From a virus: a DNA stretch of 64,000 nucleotides. The notes beneath the pieces are model-generated. The model saw only the letters and a program-made list of their open reading frames with translations. It made no database searches and was not told the DNA's origin. Below, piece after piece: positions 8,593-19,743 of the stretch. Where the stretch lies: IMG/VR virus record IMGVR_UViG_3300032235_000467. The stretch is one strand, 5' to 3'. Every line of letters starts with the position of its first letter. The first letter of the stretch is position 1. A program made the position numbers and the translations under genes.

Positions 8593-9464
8593 TGGCATTA
8601 GATTTAAATAATGTGACGTCCCCTGATAGTGTTAACAATACTATAAATGCCATATCTGGTGCAGTAAGCGATCCGTTCGGGTCTGCTATTCAATTAACTT
8701 TGAATAAAGTAAACTCTCTTACTGTAAACATAGAAAAGAAAATAGATCAGCTAGTAAAAGAGGTTGTAGAAAAAACAGACAGTAAAGGAAGGATATCTTT
8801 ACAAGGTAATAATCTTGTCATAACCATTAGGAGAGAAGATCTTGCTAAGGCGCAGGAATTGCAGAAAAGAGTTCAAGATAAGATAACTTCCATAAATAAG
8901 ACCATAACTATTCTAAACACCGTAGTAAATTCTCTAATAGCTATACAAACAGCTATAACTGTATATAAATCTTTATTAGATATACAAGAAATAACATTGA
9001 CCGCCAACCCAGTAACTGGTCCTATATTCCAAGTAGTTAAGCAAGGAGTTAAGTTAATATTCCTAAAAGAAATAGTAAATCAGTACGTAAAAATACTCGG
9101 AAGGCAGTTATTACAAAATAGGCAGGTACTAAATAGATTGATCCAAAAGTTTAGATCTATCCAGGTATCTGTAAAAATACAGGATGAAGCCGATAAAGGA
9201 AACTATGTAAGCACCGATATAGCTGAACAACTATTGGCTGACGACATGCTTGGTGACGGAATATCGTCTGATTCTCAAGACTTTACAGATAATAAGTTCA
9301 ATCAATATACATTAAAGGTAGAAAAATACGACAGTAAGCAGCTAATAGCTAGAGCTATTGAGAAGCAATCTGGGATGATAAAAGCACAGACAGCTCCTAG
9401 TTATTTTGCAACTCCGGAAGAATTAATGGAAGAACTAAAGACAATATTAAATATAGGAATATAA
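8592..9464 (+). CDS. hypothetical helical protein in baseplate operon
   Basis: TAATG-coupled; long amphipathic helices. Confidence 0.75.
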   Translation: MALDLNNVTSPDSVNNTINAISGAVSDPFGSAIQLTLNKVNSLTVNIEKKIDQLVKEVVEKTDSKGRISLQGNNLVITIRREDLAKAQELQKRVQDKITSINKTITILNTVVNSLIAIQTAITVYKSLLDIQEITLTANPVTGPIFQVVKQGVKLIFLKEIVNQYVKILGRQLLQNRQVLNRLIQKFRSIQVSVKIQDEADKGNYVSTDIAEQLLADDMLGDGISSDSQDFTDNKFNQYTLKVEKYDSKQLIARAIEKQSGMIKAQTAPSYFATPEELMEELKTILNIGI

Positions 9465-9478
9465 AACGTGTAACTAAA

Positions 9479-9486
9479 TATTTATT
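9479..9486 (+). promoter_or_regulatory. putative late promoter TATTTATT
   Basis: 3 nt before ATG 9490. Confidence 0.5.
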
Positions 9487-9489
9487 AAT

Positions 9490-9915
9490 ATGACACAAGA
9501 TCAATTGATACTTTTTAAAGAACTGATCAAAGAAGTAGTTAACACAGCTGTAAAAACTGCTGTTAAAGAGGAATTAGAGACCTCCTTTAAAAAAGATTTG
9601 AAAGAAGTAAAGCAATTACTGGCCAAATCTATAAAAGAAGCTAGAGAGGCAAACTTACAACCAAGACCTCAGCAGTCTTACCAAAACCCTGAAGACTTTA
9701 AAACAAAGCTAAGGGAAGCAGTAGGTTCTGATTTTTCTAGGAGGCCAGCAAGTCCTTACACAAGCCAAGTACAACAGCCTATGATGCCTCAAATAAGCCA
9801 AGAGGCTGGTATGGCTATGTCTGTTGATGGGACCTTACCTAACGTAGATGCGCCAATCCCTTTTATAAACAAAGGATCTATCGCCTGGAAAGAGATGAAA
9901 GAAAAACTAGGATAA
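9490..9915 (+). CDS. hypothetical protein
   Basis: FKELIKEVV..AVKEE leader; Q/P-rich linker. Confidence 0.75.
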   Translation: MTQDQLILFKELIKEVVNTAVKTAVKEELETSFKKDLKEVKQLLAKSIKEAREANLQPRPQQSYQNPEDFKTKLREAVGSDFSRRPASPYTSQVQQPMMPQISQEAGMAMSVDGTLPNVDAPIPFINKGSIAWKEMKEKLG

Positions 9916-9916
9916 T

Positions 9917-10315
9917 ATGAGAAACCGTATTGAGTATACAGTAGACAGTAGCACCAGGAATCCAAATAGGGGTCTTGGAATAAAACTGCCATTTAATACT
10001 CATAACGTATTCACTATAAACTACACAACTAAAGATCAAGTAAAGAGTAACCTTACTAATTACATGCTAACCAATAAAGGAGAGAGGCCTTTCAATCCAG
10101 AGTTCGGTGCTGATTTAAGAAGGTTATTATTTGATCAAAACACTGATTTTACTATCGCAAAAGAAGTTCTTCTAGATAACTTAGGTTTATATTTTCCAAT
10201 GATAACTGTGAATAATTTAGATTTCACAGCTGATCTACAGAGAAGTTTGCTTAATATAAAGTTAGACTACTCTATAAAAAAAGACGCTGATACCATATTA
10301 ATACAAATAACCTAA
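9917..10315 (+). CDS. baseplate wedge subunit, gp25-like
   Basis: QVKSNLTNYMLTNKGERPFNPEFGADLRRLLFD signature. Confidence 0.9.
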   Translation: MRNRIEYTVDSSTRNPNRGLGIKLPFNTHNVFTINYTTKDQVKSNLTNYMLTNKGERPFNPEFGADLRRLLFDQNTDFTIAKEVLLDNLGLYFPMITVNNLDFTADLQRSLLNIKLDYSIKKDADTILIQIT

Positions 10316-12210
10316 TGACACAGAAGGATATAAAATACATAAACAAAGATTTTACTAGCTTCAAAGAAGCTTTAGTAGAGTATGCCAAAAGTTATTTCCC
10401 TACAGTATATAATGACTTCAGTGAGGCAACTCCTGGAAACATGTTTATTGAAATGGCCTCTTATGTAGGAGATGTATTGTCTTTTTATGTAGATAAACAG
10501 ACTCAGGAGAACTTCCTTCTTTTTGCACAGGATAAGCAAAATCTTATGTCAATGGCATATGCCTTAGGGTATAGGCCTAAAGTGGTTAGTACAGCAACTG
10601 TAGATCTTAGCATATATCAACAGATACCGGCAATTATAAACGGAAGCGTAGCATCCCCAGATTACTCCTATTCTCTAATAGTAGATAAGGAAGCAAAGGT
10701 AAAATCTTTTACCAACAGCGATGTAGTGTTTGTTACGCAAGATTCAGTAGACTTTAGCTTTTCTTCTTCTTTTGATACAACAGATGTAAGCGTTTATCAA
10801 ATTAATAATAGCACTAATCAACCTGAATACTATCTCCTTAAGAAGAAAGTTAAGGCCATTGCCGGTACAATAAAATCTCAAGACTTTACTTTTGGGTCAG
10901 CTATTAAGTTTGACAGTGTAACACTTCAAGATAATAATGTAATCCAGATACTGGACATTATAGATAGTGATGGAAACAAGTGGTATGAAGTGCCATACCT
11001 AGCACAGAATACTGTGTTCCAAGAAGTAAAAAACAATGAACTAAACGATCCGTTTTTATCTCAATATAGTAATACTACTCCCTACCTGCTTAGATTAAAA
11101 AAAGTTAGCAGGAGGTTTGTAACTAGATACACTGAGAACGATCAGATGATAATAGAGTTTGGATCAGGCATAACAGGAAATCCTGATGAAGAGATTGTAC
11201 CAAACCCAGATAACGTAGGTATGGGTCTTATAGATTCTATATCTAAGATATATGCAGCTTACGATCCGTCTAACTTTATATACACTAAAGACTACGGATT
11301 AGCTCCTAGCAACACAACACTTACCGTAAGGTATATTGCAGGTGGCGGAGCTCAGACAAACGTACCATCCAATGATATATCTCAGATATATGAAATAAAT
11401 ACAGCAACTGTATCTTTAAATCCTACTAACTTAAATCAAGGATTGCTAGGGTATATACAAAGATCAGTAACCTTTAACAATGAAGCTCCTTCTTCTGGTG
11501 GAGGTGATGGCGATACAGTTGAAGACATACGATTAAAAACAATAGCAAGCTTCCCTACCCAGCTCAGAAATGTTACCAAAGAAGATCATATTATAAGAGC
11601 TTTGAGTATGCCTCCTAAGTTTGGTACAGTAGCTAAAGCTTATATTACTCAAGATTTAGCTTTAGCAGAGGTTGATAGCATGCCTGATTATATTGATAAC
11701 AATCCTTTAGCGTTGAGCTTGTATGTTTTATCTTATGATGCCAATAAAAGGTTGACAGAAGCCTCTTTAGCGGTAAAAGAAAATCTGAGAAATTATATCT
11801 CCCAGTATAAGATAATGACAGATGCTATTACTATAAAAAATGCTTACTATATAAACATAGGAATAAATTTTGATATTGTAGTACTGCCCTCATATAATAG
11901 TAGAGAAGTGCTTAATCAATGTCTTAATGCAGTAAGAGATTATTTTGATATAGATAAGTGGCAGATAAACCAGCCGATTCTATTATCAGAACTAACTAAC
12001 GTTATAAGCTGTGGAAACATAAGAGGGGTTCAAAGTGTAACTAAGGTTGAAATAGTTAATAAATACGGAGAAGCAAATGGTTATTCAAAATATGGTTATG
12101 ATATCAAGGGTGCTACCAAAAGTAATATAATCTATCCAAGTTTAGATCCATCTATTTTTGAAGTTAGATACCCTAATACTGATATTTACGGAAGAGTAGT
12201 AACCTATTAA
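10315..12210 (+). CDS. baseplate wedge subunit, gp6-like
   Basis: KDFTSFKEALVEYAKSYFP..YNDF...GNMFIEMASYVGDVLSFY; IEFGSG; GGGDGDTVEDIR..QLRNVTKED. Confidence 0.9.
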   Translation: MTQKDIKYINKDFTSFKEALVEYAKSYFPTVYNDFSEATPGNMFIEMASYVGDVLSFYVDKQTQENFLLFAQDKQNLMSMAYALGYRPKVVSTATVDLSIYQQIPAIINGSVASPDYSYSLIVDKEAKVKSFTNSDVVFVTQDSVDFSFSSSFDTTDVSVYQINNSTNQPEYYLLKKKVKAIAGTIKSQDFTFGSAIKFDSVTLQDNNVIQILDIIDSDGNKWYEVPYLAQNTVFQEVKNNELNDPFLSQYSNTTPYLLRLKKVSRRFVTRYTENDQMIIEFGSGITGNPDEEIVPNPDNVGMGLIDSISKIYAAYDPSNFIYTKDYGLAPSNTTLTVRYIAGGGAQTNVPSNDISQIYEINTATVSLNPTNLNQGLLGYIQRSVTFNNEAPSSGGGDGDTVEDIRLKTIASFPTQLRNVTKEDHIIRALSMPPKFGTVAKAYITQDLALAEVDSMPDYIDNNPLALSLYVLSYDANKRLTEASLAVKENLRNYISQYKIMTDAITIKNAYYINIGINFDIVVLPSYNSREVLNQCLNAVRDYFDIDKWQINQPILLSELTNVISCGNIRGVQSVTKVEIVNKYGEANGYSKYGYDIKGATKSNIIYPSLDPSIFEVRYPNTDIYGRVVTY

Positions 12211-12219
12211 TAATCATAT

Positions 12220-12819
12220 ATGAATTTAGAAAAATTAAAGGGTCATATACCAGAAGCGGTAATAACCCAGCTACCAGACACTATCTCTAAGTTTGAATTA
12301 AACACACCACTAAGATTAGCACATTTCCTTGCCCAGGCAGGTCATGAGTCCGGTGGGTTTAAGTTAGTAAACGAAAATCTAAACTATGGAGCCAAAGGTT
12401 TATTGGGAATATTTAAAAAATATTTTCCAACTGAAGCAAAGGCTTTACAGTATGAAAGAAAGCCTGAAAAGATAGCCAATTTAGTATATGGAGGTAGAAT
12501 GGGAAATGGCCCAGAAGCAAGCGGAGAAGGGTTCAAATTTAAAGGAAGAGGTTATATCCAGCTTACCGGCAAGGACAACTATACTGCGTTTGCAAAAGCC
12601 ATAAACGAGGATGTAGTAGCTAATCCTGACTTGGTAGCAAGCAAATACCCATTAGCATCAGCTGCTTGGTTTTTCCATAAAAACGGATTACATAAAATAG
12701 CTGATAAGGGAGCAACAGATGCTGTTGTAACTGAAGTTACTAAAAGAGTTAATGGAGGTACAATAGGTTTGGCCGATAGACTTAAACATTTTAAAGAATA
12801 TTACAGTTTACTACAATAA
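12220..12819 (+). CDS. glycoside hydrolase family 19 endolysin
   Basis: RLAHFLAQAGHESGGF..ENLNY...FKGRGYIQLTGKDNY...SAAWFF...VTKRVNGGTIGLADR. Confidence 0.92.
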   Translation: MNLEKLKGHIPEAVITQLPDTISKFELNTPLRLAHFLAQAGHESGGFKLVNENLNYGAKGLLGIFKKYFPTEAKALQYERKPEKIANLVYGGRMGNGPEASGEGFKFKGRGYIQLTGKDNYTAFAKAINEDVVANPDLVASKYPLASAAWFFHKNGLHKIADKGATDAVVTEVTKRVNGGTIGLADRLKHFKEYYSLLQ

Positions 12820-12825
12820 TAAAAC

Positions 12826-13926
12826 ATGGCCGTATATAAAATATTTGCTGAAAAAGACACTACTCTATACTCTGACTACGGTACACTAAACTCTGGTATG
12901 GATCCTATTTTGGAACTATCCAAGAATACTAGCCTGTTGTATGCATCACAATCATCAGCAGCTAGATTTTTGATTAAGTTTGCGGATGGAGATATATCGG
13001 ATGTAGTGTCTAATTATATTGGTACGGCATCTTTTAGTAGCAGTTTAAAATTATATTTAGCAAATTCAACAGGTTTGCCTACAGATTACACCATACAGGC
13101 ATTTCCTGTTTCTGGTGCTTGGGATATGGGTACTGGTAGGTTTGGAGATAGTCCTATACCTACTGATGGAGCTTCTTGGTTGTATATGAAATCTGGAAAA
13201 ACATCCGCTTGGAAGCTTGCAAACTTTCCTACGGGTGTAACAGCTTCATATACAGTCTATAATTCTGGAGGAGGAACTTGGTATACTGCTTCTAAGGCAG
13301 AGCAAAATTTTGGAGTATATACTAACAAGGATGTTAATATAGATGTATCATCTGCTGTAAGAGCATTTGTATCAAGTTCTATACCAAATGAAGGGTTTAT
13401 AGTAAAATTATCTGGATCCTTGGAATTTGACGAAGCTTATAATTTTACTCTTAATTATTTTGGCAGAGATACCAATACAGTATATCCACCAGTATTAGAG
13501 TTTAAGTGGGATGACTCTAGATATTCTACAGCAGGATCTTCTGTAACAGGAGTTTCATCACAGGATGTGAGAGTGTCGCTTTCAAATAACAAAGGTGAAT
13601 TCAACCAAGATGAAATATACAGGTTTAGATTGAATGTAAGAGATCAGTTTCCTGTAAGGACATATGCAACATCTTCAATATATACAACTCAAAAGTATCT
13701 ACCTGCAACAACTTACTACTCTGTAAAAGATGTAAAATCGGATATCACTATAATAGATTTTGATAACAACTTTACAAAAGTAAGCGCAGATACACAAAGT
13801 AATTATTTTGATGTGTATATGTATGGATTAGAACCAGAAAGGTATTATAAGATACTTATAAAGACAGTAATTAGTGGATCTACTTTAATATTTGATGATC
13901 AATATTTCTTTAAAGTAACAGAGTAA
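12826..13926 (+). CDS. virion structural protein (beta-sandwich, DNRLRE-like)
   Basis: KDTTLYS...RFLIKF...NEGFIVK...YPPVLEFKWDD; baseplate context. Confidence 0.6.
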   Translation: MAVYKIFAEKDTTLYSDYGTLNSGMDPILELSKNTSLLYASQSSAARFLIKFADGDISDVVSNYIGTASFSSSLKLYLANSTGLPTDYTIQAFPVSGAWDMGTGRFGDSPIPTDGASWLYMKSGKTSAWKLANFPTGVTASYTVYNSGGGTWYTASKAEQNFGVYTNKDVNIDVSSAVRAFVSSSIPNEGFIVKLSGSLEFDEAYNFTLNYFGRDTNTVYPPVLEFKWDDSRYSTAGSSVTGVSSQDVRVSLSNNKGEFNQDEIYRFRLNVRDQFPVRTYATSSIYTTQKYLPATTYYSVKDVKSDITIIDFDNNFTKVSADTQSNYFDVYMYGLEPERYYKILIKTVISGSTLIFDDQYFFKVTE

Positions 13927-14258
13927 TGGGGGAGCAAGTAAACATAGTCAGAAAGATATATGGTAAAAATACATTTACAAATGTGGTAGATGTAGAGTTT
14001 AATCAATTAGTTCCAAAAGAAACTACTGATATAACACAAACTCCTGCGTCTGTAGACAGCTTCTTTAGTGATTACGATACTTTGTTTTACGATATTCCAC
14101 CTAGTGGATCTGAGAATTCTCATACCGAATTGGTAAGAAGAAGCGCAGAGTACATAGGTTTAAGTATAGATGATTTAAGAGAAGAGATATCAAATCTAAG
14201 AGATGAAAACGTGTCACTAAAGACACAGATAGTATCACTTACAAACCCGAATAAATAA
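13926..14258 (+). CDS. hypothetical protein with C-terminal coiled coil
   Basis: TAATG-coupled on both sides. Confidence 0.75.
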   Translation: MGEQVNIVRKIYGKNTFTNVVDVEFNQLVPKETTDITQTPASVDSFFSDYDTLFYDIPPSGSENSHTELVRRSAEYIGLSIDDLREEISNLRDENVSLKTQIVSLTNPNK

Positions 14259-17200
14259 TGGTAACGTCTGTAAATAAGATAAATGTTAATTTTGATAAGT
14301 ACGATACTATAGACTCATCTCTAATAGCTTCTAGAGACTATATTAGGCAGTTTGGTTTAAAAGAAGATTATGTAGAATATCATGTATATACTAAAAACGG
14401 TAATCTTCTTTACTCAAATTACAATTATACAGATTATAAAATACCAGGAACATTACAGGGATCTACTAATACATATACAGAAGAGTTAGAATTTTTTCCT
14501 GGTGATGTTGTTGAAAGTCTAGGGTTTACATATGGAACATACAATGTTCAATTTAATGTATATAGAAAGAAAGTTGTAGATATTAATCAAAAGGTATTTT
14601 TTATAAAAGAAATATCTAATGATAGAAAAGAACTTAGAATATCTTCTAATGATTTATCTAATTTAACCTTAGAAGAAGGTGTTATTAACTTTTTATATGA
14701 AATACAATCATCTTCATACTTTAAAGACTTTCTTTTAAATTTTGGAGATAATAAAATTATTAATGCTGTAAACATAGCATTAGATAAGAATACAGATCCT
14801 TATAGCATTTTAATAAAACTATACCAGCCTTTACCAAATGAGTTTGATCTAAAGTCTTCTTTTTGGTTTGTTGAAGAGCTATCTGAGGCTTCTGTTTTTG
14901 AAGTTAACTTGGCTCCACAACCTGTACAAGTATCAACTCCTTTTTTAAGATCTGCTAATTTTGATATAGAAGTTGATGAAAACTCTATAAAACCATCAGA
15001 CTATTTAAACATAAATGAACTTCTTTCAAACCAATCACTTGGTGCATATCAAGAGTTACTAAATGAGGTAAATAAAAAAGGCATACAAATAAATGTAGAC
15101 TATTCAGACTACAACAACTTTGTTCACTTTTCTTCCGCAAAAGAAAGATTGTTAAACTTTAGATATAAAGTAGAGTTAGTAGAATCCTATCAAGCAGATA
15201 TAGATGCCATAAAGAATACTACTAACTATCAAACTTCTTTTAACTCTAGTGCAAGCATAGTATCATTACAAGGTAAGATAGACAACATTGTAACTAAGTT
15301 TGATGGGTATGAAACTTATTTGTACTATACATCTGAATCATCTGCGTGGCCTAAATCAAATTCCAATAAACCATATATACTATATTCATCAACATCTAAT
15401 GAAGTAGAAAATTGGTTAGGTAGCGATGATTATGATTCACCAGTATATGGAGGGCAGATATACTCGGCGTCTATATATGATTTAGAAAATCAAGATAACT
15501 TATCTTATATTGTCCCAGAGTATATATCTATTGATCCTGTAAATGATGGATATACTCTATTCTTAAACATGGTAGGACAGCATTTTGATAATATCTGGAT
15601 CTACATGAATAGTATTACAGATCTCTATAAAAATAATAATAGCCTAAATAAAGGTATTTCAAAAGATCTTGTTTACTATGCTTTAAGGTCTCTTGGTGTA
15701 AAATTATATAATTCAAAAAGTAATGAGAACCTATTCCAGTATCTGATAGGAAGTTCAGTATCAGGAAGCTATTCACCTACAGGGTCATCTTTCGATACCC
15801 TAGTAACAGCCTCAGCGTATACTGTACCTGGACAAGATATACAAAAGGAAACTTTAAAAAGAATATACCACAATTTACCTCTTTTATTAAAGTCTAAGGG
15901 CACTGAAAGAGGTATAAAGGCCTTAATAACCTCGTTTGGCATACCTGATACTATATTGTCAGTTAATGAGTTTGGGGGCTCAGATAAGCTTAATAACACC
16001 GTAGAATACACATACGATAGGTTTTCATATGCATTAAACATGTCCGGATCGTATGTAAAGGCTTATTGGGGAGCTAAATATGACTATCCTACAGGGTCTG
16101 TCACTGAGTATGTGCCAAATTCAATAGAATTTAGGTTTAATCCAGACAAAGACTACTACTACTATACTTCTTCTTTGTTCGATGTCACATTAGACAGTAA
16201 TGGAAGGAGGACTATGTATGCGGATATATCCCCAGATTCTTCTAGCGGATACCCATATAGCATGGTAAGTTTTTACCTTAGTGGCAGTGCAGGGGTATCT
16301 AAAACATCTTTGTCTCTTCCTATATTCATGACCGCTTCTTCTGGAGAGTCTTTATGGTGGAATGTTATGGTCAAGAGAAGAAATGTGTACGATGTAACTA
16401 CAAATAATCAGGACCAATATTACGACCTCTATGTAAAGAATAAAATAGGATTAAGAATAGGACATGAAGCTTCTGCTAGCATATTTGCAACAGGAGCTGC
16501 ATCATCTTCTTACAACTATAGCTGGAACAGAGTATCACAGTCTCTTTATTTAGGAGGTACTGGATCTAAATTTGCAGGAAGTCTTCAAGAGCTTAGATAC
16601 TGGACAACTCCATTATCTGAAAGTGTTTTTGACTATCATACTTTAAATCCTGAGTCTATAAGAGGTAATTATAGCTCATCTGCATATGATGAATTATCTG
16701 CAAGGTTCCCATTAGGAAATGATCTATACATATACAATCATACTCTTACAGGATCTGTGTATTCAGTTCAACCAAATTATAAGGAAAGATCTGTAATAGC
16801 AGGAGCCACTATAAAATCAGCCAGTTTTGTAGGATTTCCTAATGAAATAAATTACTCATCAAATGATGAAGAGTATGTTACAGATTCCCCTAATATGGTA
16901 TACTCTAATCCAGTAAACCATAAAGTTAGAATAGTAGAAAATGTAATCACCGGTAGTGTATTATCACCTTTCATAAGGCTTGAGGATGAATCTCAAATAT
17001 ACACAACTAAAGACGTTCATTATATTGATGCATCTTTTTCACCTGCTAACGAATTAAATAAAGATATAATAGGTCAGTATGGAAACTCTATTGATATTGA
17101 TCAATATATAGGAGATCCTAGAGATGACTACAAGAAAGAGTATCCTAATCTTGTATCCTTTAATATAGAGTACTATGAAAAGTATTTTAGGGATTACAAT

Positions 17201-19699
17201 CTTGCAGACTATGTAAGACTTATAAAGTTCTTTGATAATTCTTTATTTAAGATGATAAAGGACTATGTCCCAGCAAGATCAAGCATTCAAACTGGATTAA
17301 CAATAAAGTCTACTATTCTTGAAAGACCTAAGTCAAAAAGAACAGAAGCTACTGTAATTGAAAACTATAACTCCCAAGAGGGTGAAATAGTAGCAGGTGA
17401 TATATCTGCTAATAGCATTTATTTAAGCGGTTACGGAAATGGTAGTGATTTTTATACAGGACAATTATCAGGATCTATAATTGACATCAATAATATATTT
17501 GATGAAAAAAATTACAATCCATATTTACAATTTACTTCTAGCATTGATTATAATTTTTTTGATAGAAGTGTGTATAACACAACTATAAACAACGTATCAG
17601 CTAGCCAAGTATCACTGTTATTTAAGAGGATAAATCCATATCAATTTGGTATGCTTGAGCCTGTTGAGATAATGGATGAAAAATACTCAGACCCAAGATA
17701 TACTAGACCAAGATATGATGGATCTAAAACAATTAGTTCAAAGTACAATTTCTACACCAAGGGGGATACTTCTTATGGTAAAACAGCTGCTGTAGATTTT
17801 AATGCAGAGAAGTTTGCCTTTGCAAACAGTATTAATAAAAAGAATCTTAATTTCTATGATAAAACTACTGTTAATATAAAGTATTTAATAGATGCTACAG
17901 GATCTGTTACTGAATTATCTAGGAGAAATTATCATTTATTTGAGGTTCAAAATATATACAAGAAAGGAGATCTTGTAAACGTGTCTTTGATGGATAAATT
18001 GAATCCAACAAATCAAGCATCTTTAGACGGAGATAAGGTTATATGGGAAGGAGGGTTCAGTTATTCTCCTATAATTTTTAGAGAAATTAATGAAAATCTT
18101 AATTTCACATATATAGAGCCTGCTGAAACAACTGAGAAAAAACTTGGGCTCAAGGCTATAAATATGAGTGGGTATCTGTTCCAGACATTAGGAGACGCGG
18201 ATGGACAATTACCAGGAGATTTCACAACAACTAACGCTATAAATCCAAAAGTTACTTTTAAAGTAAATGGAGTAGCAGATAATGCAAAATCTTTTTCACA
18301 GAGAAAAGTCCAAAGTACTAACTGGCCTTATTTAAAAATGCCGTTAACTGATTATGTAGCAAGTACAACTTTGTATAAAGATTATACAAATTCATTGAGA
18401 AACATAGGAAGTCATGATACAGCAGCTGATAATCCTAATTATTATTCTTTAGATTGGTTTATCCCAGGAAGTACTTCAGAGGCAGATGGTGGGTATATAA
18501 CAAATGATTTTACTGGAAAACTAACCGTAGTTCAATCAGGAACTGAGTATTATTCGTATGTAACAGCACCTAGGACATCCACTTATAGAGTAAACATAGA
18601 CTTACCAATAAAAGCCAAAGCAACAAATCCAGAGCCTACAGGATTCCTTGGTGTTGGGGTAAGGCAACAAGAAAATGGACCAGCTATTGTAAAAATTATA
18701 GGAATATTAGAAGTTCAAAAGGCAGGATCATCAACCTGGTCTTATTTAGATACCACCAACACAGCTGATCCAGTTCCTTATGGATATACTACTTTTACTG
18801 CAACTAATATACCAATAGCATCTGGAGGAAGACAAGCTACGGGTACAACCAGAGCGTTGGTTAACGAAAATAGAAGTTTTCTTTATTTTCCAGAAGACAC
18901 TGTAGGAGGTACGTATAACGGAAGAACAATAAGTCCATACTTTGAAGGAAGATGTCAATTGTTTGGAAAAGAAATCGCATTAAGTCAAAATGATAAATTG
19001 AGAGTTAGATTTTATTTTGCAGAGGTAACAACTTTCTTTAGAAGATGTGAAAACATATATTTTGAAATGAAAGTAGGTAATAAATCAGACGCCTTTTTTG
19101 AAGTATGGGATAAGGTTACAGCAAATACAACACAAGTAACAACTACCACTATAGTAGCAGATCCGTTAGACCCATTGATAGAACCATCATCAGATAATAA
19201 AACTATTATTTTTAATGATTCTGCCTCTTTACTATGGAACAAGGCATATTTTGAACCACCAGATTCAAGTAATCCAGCATCTATAAGCAATAATTATAGT
19301 GCCGTTGAATATCCTTTTTCTTTAAAAGTTTACGATGTAATAAGGTTTACACAGTTCAATGCCATAAAACCTGACTATTACTTAGTAATGGAAGTTATAG
19401 ATCCACAAATACAGACTATATCAACAGGAACAATAACATCCTATATAGTAAGTAGGCCTGCCGCTGTAGTTTTAGACAGGGAATACAACCCTAATCAAAT
19501 AAACGGGTCTAGCTTTGCAATTCTTAGAAAAGTTGAAGATGAGACTGTTATAATACTAGACTTTAAAAAGAAAGATGGGCTACCTTCAAATGCTTTTATG
19601 ATACCTTACAATGTTAAAGATGAGATTAAGAAAGACATCGGAAATATAGTAGCTCCATTGAAAGATACTATCCTTTCTAAAGTTCTGATTATAGGGTAA
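14258..19699 (+). CDS. large baseplate wedge protein (gp7-like, with LamG-like segment)
   Basis: 1813 aa; RIYHNLPLLLKSKGTERGIKALITSFGIP wedge motif; FAGSLQELRYWTTPLS. Confidence 0.7.
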   Translation: MVTSVNKINVNFDKYDTIDSSLIASRDYIRQFGLKEDYVEYHVYTKNGNLLYSNYNYTDYKIPGTLQGSTNTYTEELEFFPGDVVESLGFTYGTYNVQFNVYRKKVVDINQKVFFIKEISNDRKELRISSNDLSNLTLEEGVINFLYEIQSSSYFKDFLLNFGDNKIINAVNIALDKNTDPYSILIKLYQPLPNEFDLKSSFWFVEELSEASVFEVNLAPQPVQVSTPFLRSANFDIEVDENSIKPSDYLNINELLSNQSLGAYQELLNEVNKKGIQINVDYSDYNNFVHFSSAKERLLNFRYKVELVESYQADIDAIKNTTNYQTSFNSSASIVSLQGKIDNIVTKFDGYETYLYYTSESSAWPKSNSNKPYILYSSTSNEVENWLGSDDYDSPVYGGQIYSASIYDLENQDNLSYIVPEYISIDPVNDGYTLFLNMVGQHFDNIWIYMNSITDLYKNNNSLNKGISKDLVYYALRSLGVKLYNSKSNENLFQYLIGSSVSGSYSPTGSSFDTLVTASAYTVPGQDIQKETLKRIYHNLPLLLKSKGTERGIKALITSFGIPDTILSVNEFGGSDKLNNTVEYTYDRFSYALNMSGSYVKAYWGAKYDYPTGSVTEYVPNSIEFRFNPDKDYYYYTSSLFDVTLDSNGRRTMYADISPDSSSGYPYSMVSFYLSGSAGVSKTSLSLPIFMTASSGESLWWNVMVKRRNVYDVTTNNQDQYYDLYVKNKIGLRIGHEASASIFATGAASSSYNYSWNRVSQSLYLGGTGSKFAGSLQELRYWTTPLSESVFDYHTLNPESIRGNYSSSAYDELSARFPLGNDLYIYNHTLTGSVYSVQPNYKERSVIAGATIKSASFVGFPNEINYSSNDEEYVTDSPNMVYSNPVNHKVRIVENVITGSVLSPFIRLEDESQIYTTKDVHYIDASFSPANELNKDIIGQYGNSIDIDQYIGDPRDDYKKEYPNLVSFNIEYYEKYFRDYNLADYVRLIKFFDNSLFKMIKDYVPARSSIQTGLTIKSTILERPKSKRTEATVIENYNSQEGEIVAGDISANSIYLSGYGNGSDFYTGQLSGSIIDINNIFDEKNYNPYLQFTSSIDYNFFDRSVYNTTINNVSASQVSLLFKRINPYQFGMLEPVEIMDEKYSDPRYTRPRYDGSKTISSKYNFYTKGDTSYGKTAAVDFNAEKFAFANSINKKNLNFYDKTTVNIKYLIDATGSVTELSRRNYHLFEVQNIYKKGDLVNVSLMDKLNPTNQASLDGDKVIWEGGFSYSPIIFREINENLNFTYIEPAETTEKKLGLKAINMSGYLFQTLGDADGQLPGDFTTTNAINPKVTFKVNGVADNAKSFSQRKVQSTNWPYLKMPLTDYVASTTLYKDYTNSLRNIGSHDTAADNPNYYSLDWFIPGSTSEADGGYITNDFTGKLTVVQSGTEYYSYVTAPRTSTYRVNIDLPIKAKATNPEPTGFLGVGVRQQENGPAIVKIIGILEVQKAGSSTWSYLDTTNTADPVPYGYTTFTATNIPIASGGRQATGTTRALVNENRSFLYFPEDTVGGTYNGRTISPYFEGRCQLFGKEIALSQNDKLRVRFYFAEVTTFFRRCENIYFEMKVGNKSDAFFEVWDKVTANTTQVTTTTIVADPLDPLIEPSSDNKTIIFNDSASLLWNKAYFEPPDSSNPASISNNYSAVEYPFSLKVYDVIRFTQFNAIKPDYYLVMEVIDPQIQTISTGTITSYIVSRPAAVVLDREYNPNQINGSSFAILRKVEDETVIILDFKKKDGLPSNAFMIPYNVKDEIKKDIGNIVAPLKDTILSKVLIIG

Positions 19700-19719
19700 C
19701 CTAAAATGATAAACTTCAA

Positions 19720-19727
19720 TATTTATA
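19720..19727 (+). promoter_or_regulatory. putative late promoter TATTTATA
   Basis: Intergenic, 16 nt before ATG 19744. Confidence 0.6.
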
Positions 19728-19743
19728 TATACAAAATACAAAA